From an uncultured Clostridia bacterium (GTDB taxonomy: Bacteria; Bacillota; Clostridia; TANB77; CAG-508): 64,000 bases of DNA. A model generated the notes under the pieces. That model was not told the origin of the DNA, did not search any database, and worked only from the letters and a program-made list of their open reading frames with translations. The stretch covers positions 64,442 through 128,441 of the forward strand of contig CAKOVU010000003.1 in NCBI GenBank assembly GCA_934122115.1, given 5' to 3'. The position numbers and the translations under genes were made by a program. Positions 58,497 through 64,000 of this stretch are shown here, one piece after another. The stretch's first letter is position 1; every line of letters starts with the position of its first letter.

Positions 58497-61100
58497 ATGG
58501 AGGAAAAAATGAAAATAGAAAAAAAACTAAAGAACTATAGTCAAATGTCAAGCATAGAAATTTTTAAAGATTTAAAGACTTCAATTGATGGAATTAGTTT
58601 TACGGAAATAGAAGAAAAACAAGAAGAATATGGTAAAAATGTAATTGATATAAAAAATAATAATACAACATTAAGCAGACTAAAGGAAGTTTTTATAAAT
58701 CCATTTAATATTGTGCTTATAATAGTTGCTATTATTACTTTTTTTACAGATGTAGTATTTGCAACAAGCAAGGATTATATAACATTTTCACTAATTATAG
58801 GCACTGTTTTTATTTCTGCTATGATTTCTTTCTTCCAGCAAACTAGCTCAGATAAAGCAGTACAGAAATTAAAGAAAATGATTTCTAATAAAGTAGATGT
58901 AATTAGAGACGGACTGCAAAGTTCTGTAGATGTTGAAGAAATTGTTCTAGGTGATATCGTAAAATTATCGTCAGGAGATATGATTCCTGGAGATGTAATT
59001 TTTTTAGAAGCGAAAGACCTTTTTATAGATCAAGCTTCGTTAACAGGAGAATCTAATCCAGTAGAAAAATTTTCAGTATGCAAAGATAAGGAAGCATCTT
59101 TAACAGATATTTCTAATATAGGATTTTCAGGAACGAATATTGTAAGTGGAAGTGCAATGGCTGTGGTAGTAGCAACTGGCACGAACACATATTTTGGAAG
59201 CATGGCAAAATCTTTGTATAGTGTGAATGAGAAAAATAGCTTTGAAAAAGGCGTTGATAGTGTAAGTAAACTATTAATAAAATTTATGGTTGTAATGGTT
59301 CCTATTATATTAATTATAAATCTTACTACTAAAGGAGATTGGTGGGATTCATTGATATTTGCAATAACGATTGCAGTAGGATTAACACCAGAAATGTTGC
59401 CAGTTATAATGACCTCCGCTCTAGCAAATGGAGCAATGCAAATGTCTAAGAAAAAGACGATAGTAAAAAGGCTAAGTGCAATTCAAACTTTTGGTGAAAT
59501 GAATATTTTATGTACAGATAAAACTGGAACGTTAACAGAAGATAATGTAATACTTGAGAAATATATGGATATTGAAGGAAATGAGAGCAAACGAGTTTTA
59601 AAGCATGCTTTTTTAAACAGCTATTTTCAGACAGGATTAAAAAATCTAATTGATGTGGCTATAATCTCTAGAGCTGAGAAAGAAAGTATGAATGTATTTA
59701 AGGAAATGTATATAAGAGAAGACGAGATTCCATTTGACTTTTCAAGGAGAAGAATGAGTGTAGTTTTGAAGGATCAAAATGGTAAAAGACAGTTAATTAC
59801 AAAAGGTGCATTTGATGAAATAATGGCAATCTGCTCTTATATAGATATAAACGGAGAAGCAGTTAAATTCACAGAAGAGTTTAGAAAAAAAGTGTATATG
59901 TTGTACGAAAAAAATAACAAAGAAGGATTACGAATTGTTGCAGTTGCTCAAAAAAACCATATACACGAAGTAGAAGTATTTAATACAAGTGATGAAAGTG
60001 ACATGGTTTTAATTGGACTAGTAGGATTTTTAGATCCACCTAAGGAGAGTGCAAGAGAAGCTATAACAGCTTTAAATAAGCATGGAGTTGATACCGTTGT
60101 TTTAACAGGAGATAGTGAAGGCGTAGCCGTAAATGTATGCAAGAAAGTAGGAATATCAACAGAAAATTGTTTGACAGGTAAAGAAGTAGAAGAGTTAAAT
60201 GATGAACAATTGAAAAAGAGAGTAATAAACTGCCATTTATATTCAAAACTTTCTCCTATACAAAAACAAAGAATAGTAAGAATCTATCAAGAAATGGGAA
60301 ATACTGTTGGCTACATGGGAGATGGTATTAATGATAGCCTTTCACTTAAACAAGCAGATGTAGGAATATCTGTAGATACAGCAGTGGATATCGCAAAAGA
60401 AACTGCAGACATTATTTTACTAGAAAAAGATTTAAAAGTACTTGAAGAAGGCGTTATTATTGGTAGAAAAACATTTACTAACATTTTAAAATATTTAAAG
60501 ATGGCAACAAGTGGAAATTTTGGCAATATGCTATCAGTTATAATTGCAAGTATATTTTTGCCATTTTTACCAATGCTTCCTATTCATATATTAATACAAA
60601 ATTTATTAAATGATTTTGCTCAAATAGGTATGCCTTTTGACAATGTAGATGAAGAATACTTAATGACACCTCAAAAGTGGAATACCGAAAATATAAAGAA
60701 ATTCATGTTTATTTTCGGAAGTGTTAGTACTATTTTAGATATACTGTGCTTTGTAATTTTATGGTTTGTGATGAAATTTAATACAATGGAAAAAGCAATA
60801 TTATTTCAAACAGGTTGGTTTGCATTTGGAATAATTTCTCAAACATTAATAATCCATATGATGCGTACCACAAAAATTCCGTTTATTACAAGTAAACCGT
60901 CAAAACAATTAGTAATTTCTACAATCTCAATAGTAATATTAACACTAATAATTTGTTTTACTAATATAGGATTTATGTTTGATTTAGCAGAGCTACCTAT
61001 AAATTTTGGAATAATCATATTGTTACTAGTAATTGTTTATGCTATTGTTATACAAGTTTATAAGAAAATATATCTAAAAAAAAATGATGAATGGCTATAA
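58497..61100 (+). CDS. mgtA: Mg2+-importing P-type ATPase (MgtA-like).
   Basis: 'ICTDKTGTLTE' phosphorylation motif, 'GDGINDSLSLKQADVGISV', 867 aa with 10 TM segments. Confidence 0.85.
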   Translation: MEEKMKIEKKLKNYSQMSSIEIFKDLKTSIDGISFTEIEEKQEEYGKNVIDIKNNNTTLSRLKEVFINPFNIVLIIVAIITFFTDVVFATSKDYITFSLIIGTVFISAMISFFQQTSSDKAVQKLKKMISNKVDVIRDGLQSSVDVEEIVLGDIVKLSSGDMIPGDVIFLEAKDLFIDQASLTGESNPVEKFSVCKDKEASLTDISNIGFSGTNIVSGSAMAVVVATGTNTYFGSMAKSLYSVNEKNSFEKGVDSVSKLLIKFMVVMVPIILIINLTTKGDWWDSLIFAITIAVGLTPEMLPVIMTSALANGAMQMSKKKTIVKRLSAIQTFGEMNILCTDKTGTLTEDNVILEKYMDIEGNESKRVLKHAFLNSYFQTGLKNLIDVAIISRAEKESMNVFKEMYIREDEIPFDFSRRRMSVVLKDQNGKRQLITKGAFDEIMAICSYIDINGEAVKFTEEFRKKVYMLYEKNNKEGLRIVAVAQKNHIHEVEVFNTSDESDMVLIGLVGFLDPPKESAREAITALNKHGVDTVVLTGDSEGVAVNVCKKVGISTENCLTGKEVEELNDEQLKKRVINCHLYSKLSPIQKQRIVRIYQEMGNTVGYMGDGINDSLSLKQADVGISVDTAVDIAKETADIILLEKDLKVLEEGVIIGRKTFTNILKYLKMATSGNFGNMLSVIIASIFLPFLPMLPIHILIQNLLNDFAQIGMPFDNVDEEYLMTPQKWNTENIKKFMFIFGSVSTILDILCFVILWFVMKFNTMEKAILFQTGWFAFGIISQTLIIHMMRTTKIPFITSKPSKQLVISTISIVILTLIICFTNIGFMFDLAELPINFGIIILLLVIVYAIVIQVYKKIYLKKNDEWL

Positions 61101-61165
61101 AAAATTTAAATAATATTGGCAAAAAATATATATTGTAGTAAAATAGACCAGAAAGGAGCAAAGAA

Positions 61166-62308
61166 ATGAAGAGATTATTTACGTCAGAAAGTGTTACAGA
61201 AGGACATCCAGACAAATTATGTGACTATATATCAGATAGTATTCTGGATAGTTACTTAGAAAAAGATAAAAATGCGAGAGTTGCGTGCGAAACCGTTGCA
61301 GGCAAAGGAGAAATTTATATAACAGGAGAAATTACATCATCAGCTAATATTGATATTGAGCAAGTGGCAAGAAATACTATAAAAGAGGTAGGATATGCTG
61401 ATAGTGAATATGATATAGATTATAGAACTTGCAAAATATATATCAATTTATCTAAGCAATCACCTGATATAGCTCAAGGAGTTGATAAATCATTAGAAGA
61501 TAAAGAGGGAGAAGAGGTTGATTCAGAAGGAGCAGGAGACCAAGGATTAATGTTTGGCTATGCGTGTGATGAAACTGAAGAGTTAATGCCACTTCCAATT
61601 TACCTTGCGCATAAACTTTCTAAAAGATTAACAGAAGTAAGGAAAGAGAAGATAATAGATTTTTTAAGACCAGATGGCAAAACTCAAGTAACAGTTGAAT
61701 ATGATGGAGACAAGCCAGTAAGAGTTGATACAATTGTTGTATCTGCCCAACATTTACCAGATATTGATATGGAAACTTTAAAGAAAGATATAATTGAAGA
61801 GGTTATTAAAGCCACAGTTCCTGCAGAACTATTAGATGAAAATACCAAATACTTTATTAATCCAACAGGAAGATTTGTAATAGGAGGACCTTTAGGAGAT
61901 AGTGGACTTACAGGCAGAAAAATAATAGTAGATACTTATGGTGGAGCCGCAAGACACGGGGGAGGAGCCTTTTCAGGAAAAGACCCTACAAAAGTTGATC
62001 GTTCAGCTTCATATATGGCCAGACACATTGCTAAAAATATTGTTTCGAATGGATATGCAAAAAGATGTGAAATACAAATTGCATACAGTATTGGGGTTGC
62101 TAAGCCAGTATCTATATATGTAAATACATATGGAACAAATACAATTCCAGAGGAAGAAATAGTAGAAAAAATTAATAATACATTTGATTTAACACCACGA
62201 GGAATAATAAATTATTTTGATTTACAAAGACCAATATATAGAAAAACCACTAACTATGGCCATTTTGGAAAGAAAGATTTACCTTGGGAGAAAGAAATAA
62301 AATTTTAA
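61166..62308 (+). CDS. metK: S-adenosylmethionine synthase.
   Basis: '[16 protein letters not shown]', '[16 protein letters not shown]'. Confidence 0.95.
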   Translation: MKRLFTSESVTEGHPDKLCDYISDSILDSYLEKDKNARVACETVAGKGEIYITGEITSSANIDIEQVARNTIKEVGYADSEYDIDYRTCKIYINLSKQSPDIAQGVDKSLEDKEGEEVDSEGAGDQGLMFGYACDETEELMPLPIYLAHKLSKRLTEVRKEKIIDFLRPDGKTQVTVEYDGDKPVRVDTIVVSAQHLPDIDMETLKKDIIEEVIKATVPAELLDENTKYFINPTGRFVIGGPLGDSGLTGRKIIVDTYGGAARHGGGAFSGKDPTKVDRSASYMARHIAKNIVSNGYAKRCEIQIAYSIGVAKPVSIYVNTYGTNTIPEEEIVEKINNTFDLTPRGIINYFDLQRPIYRKTTNYGHFGKKDLPWEKEIKF

Positions 62309-62430
62309 TCTTAACTTAAGGAAATAGCATTAAAAAATAATATTCCTTTGAAAGAGTTATACAACAAGTAATTATTATAGGTTTTAGATAATATATTATA
62401 GCAAGATATCAAACAATAAAGGAGAAAAGT

Positions 62431-62994
62431 ATGGGGATTATAGAGATTATACTATTAGGAATAGGCTTAGCAATGGATGCTTTTGCAGTTTCTGTTTGTA
62501 AAGGGCTTGCTATTAAAAAATTAAACTGGAAAAATACAATAATTATTGCCTCATACTTTGGTATATTTCAAGCTGCAATGCCTGTAATTGGTTATTTATT
62601 AGGCAGTTCATTTGCAAATTTAATAACAAGATTTGATCATTGGATTGCCTTTATACTGCTATTAATTATTGGTGTAAATATGATGAGAGATTCATTTGCT
62701 GATAATTCTCAAGAAAAAAATGATAAAATTGATTTTAAAACGATGACTATTTTAGCCTTGGCAACAAGTATTGATGCATTGGCAGTAGGAATAACTTTTG
62801 CTTTTTTAGAAGTGAACTTATTATTAGCAGTACTTATAATTGGAATAATCACATTTATTACTTCAATAGTAGGAGTAAAAATGGGAAATAAGTTTAGCTG
62901 CAGATATCAACGTATAGCAGGGATATCAGGAGGCATAATATTAATATTATTAGGGATAAGAATATTAATAGAACATGGTGCTATAATATTGTAG
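62431..62994 (+). CDS. mntP: Manganese efflux pump MntP.
   Basis: 'LGIGLAMDAFAVSVCKGL', two DUF204 repeats. Confidence 0.85.
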   Translation: MGIIEIILLGIGLAMDAFAVSVCKGLAIKKLNWKNTIIIASYFGIFQAAMPVIGYLLGSSFANLITRFDHWIAFILLLIIGVNMMRDSFADNSQEKNDKIDFKTMTILALATSIDALAVGITFAFLEVNLLLAVLIIGIITFITSIVGVKMGNKFSCRYQRIAGISGGIILILLGIRILIEHGAIIL

Positions 62995-63026
62995 TTTAAT
63001 ATGAAAATAAAAGGAGATATATAAAA

Positions 63027-64000
63027 TTGATTAGACTATTTTTTATAAAAAATAAATTGAAAAATAAAAATTTAATAAATAATAGTGATGAAAAAATATT
63101 AGAAAAATACAAAAAAACTGCGCAAAAGGAAAAACGAGAAATAGTCGAAGAATTTAAAACTGATATTGAAAAAGGATTGTCAAATAAAGAGGCAGTGCAA
63201 AGATTAGAAGAAGATGGAGAGAATATTGTTGTAAAAGATGACAAGCATTCATGGTTTTATTTTTTCACGAACTCGTTTAAAGACAAATTTATTTTAATCC
63301 TGGTTGTTTTAGCAATTATAAATAAATTTGTTGGAGACGACACAATCGGTACAGTTATTATATTAGCTATTGGATTTGTAAGCGCATTGATAAAATTTGC
63401 TCAGAATTATTCAACATATAAATTTAATAGAAAATTAAAAAGTGAGATGTTTTCAACAGCAACGGTTGTAAGAAACGGAAAAGAACAAACAATAAGAACA
63501 GAAAAAGTTGTAAAAGGTGATATTATTCATTTAAATGCGGGTTCTATTATTCCAGCTGATGTAATGATTATAGAAAATAAAGATTTGTTTTTAAATCAAT
63601 CTGTTTTTACGGGCGAAAGTGCACCAATTGAAAAAACAAATAAATTTAATGATTCAAATGAAATATTTTCACTGTCAAATATATGCTTAATGGGGACAAG
63701 TGTAATAAGTGGAAAAGCAACAGCATTAGTAATTAACACAGGATTTTCTACATATTTGGGAAGTATGGGAAAACAAATCGACAATAAAAGAGAAACAACA
63801 AATTTTGAAAAAGGCATGAACGAAATCACAAAGCTGTTAATTAAATACATGCTTGTAGTTTCTATAGCGGTATTTGTTATTTATGCATTCATACGAAAAG
63901 ACTTATTAGAAGCAATACTATTCGCATTATCAGTTGCTGTTGGTATTACTCCAACAATGCTACCTATGATAGTAAATGTAAATTTAACTAAAGGGACAAA
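63027..64000 (+). CDS. Second MgtA-like P-type ATPase, 5' part. TTG start. Continues beyond the window end.
   Basis: RBS AAGGAG 10 nt upstream of TTG. N-terminal architecture parallels the mgtA at 58497 ('...TGESAPIEK...GTSVISGKATALV'). Confidence 0.75.
   Translation, partial: MIRLFFIKNKLKNKNLINNSDEKILEKYKKTAQKEKREIVEEFKTDIEKGLSNKEAVQRLEEDGENIVVKDDKHSWFYFFTNSFKDKFILILVVLAIINKFVGDDTIGTVIILAIGFVSALIKFAQNYSTYKFNRKLKSEMFSTATVVRNGKEQTIRTEKVVKGDIIHLNAGSIIPADVMIIENKDLFLNQSVFTGESAPIEKTNKFNDSNEIFSLSNICLMGTSVISGKATALVINTGFSTYLGSMGKQIDNKRETTNFEKGMNEITKLLIKYMLVVSIAVFVIYAFIRKDLLEAILFALSVAVGITPTMLPMIVNVNLTKGT

Noticed and set aside
61101-61165. Possible SAM-I (S-box) riboswitch upstream of metK.
   Set aside because: Only 65 nt of intergenic space. 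It has no conserved S-box helices and is too short for the aptamer.
1-64000. CRISPR arrays, rRNA or tRNA genes, IS elements or transposases.
   Set aside because: No regularly spaced direct repeats, no rRNA-like GC-rich blocks, no tRNA-like cloverleaf sequences and no transposase-like ORFs were seen on reading the intergenic regions. The only mobile-type gene is the lone recombinase at 57392-58402.

Overview
Low-GC (about 28 to 30 % GC) Firmicute chromosome segment, most likely an endospore-forming Clostridium-like organism. The window holds a sporulation cluster (gerA-type germinant receptor operon A-B-C divergent from spoIVA), splB, pta-ackA-ackA, a class B RNase P RNA and the housekeeping genes polA, valS, cysS, ftsH, folD, ruvB, metK and PBP1A.

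The first 16.5 kb is a cell-surface glycopolymer locus. It carries several GT1/GT2 glycosyltransferases (one a GT4/GT2 fusion), two large polytopic GT-C-like membrane proteins, a FAD oxidoreductase, a WecA/TagO-type initiating transferase and a GtrB-like Und-P-sugar synthase. It also encodes a secreted peptidoglycan hydrolase with three almost identical ricin-lectin repeats and a cadherin-like surface protein, and ruvB sits inside it without ruvA.

The 18.6 to 23.7 kb stretch looks accessory or decaying. It has a RelB/RelE pair with a textbook sigma-A promoter, a NUDIX gene with an internal deletion, a DUF362 protein, two membrane-anchored hypothetical proteins, and a small DUF2281-like ORF without a canonical start.

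Other points, detailed in the findings:
- a QueH-GNAT fusion ORF;
- frameshifted dprA;
- a eukaryotic-type UDP-sugar pyrophosphorylase followed by a GlmU paralog with a degenerate uridylyltransferase P-loop, immediately downstream of spoIVA;
- a tandem acetate kinase duplication;
- a lone tyrosine recombinase;
- two MgtA-like P-type ATPases bracketing metK-mntP.

No CRISPR array, rRNA or tRNA was recognised. All functional calls rest on reading motifs in the supplied translations, not on database searches.
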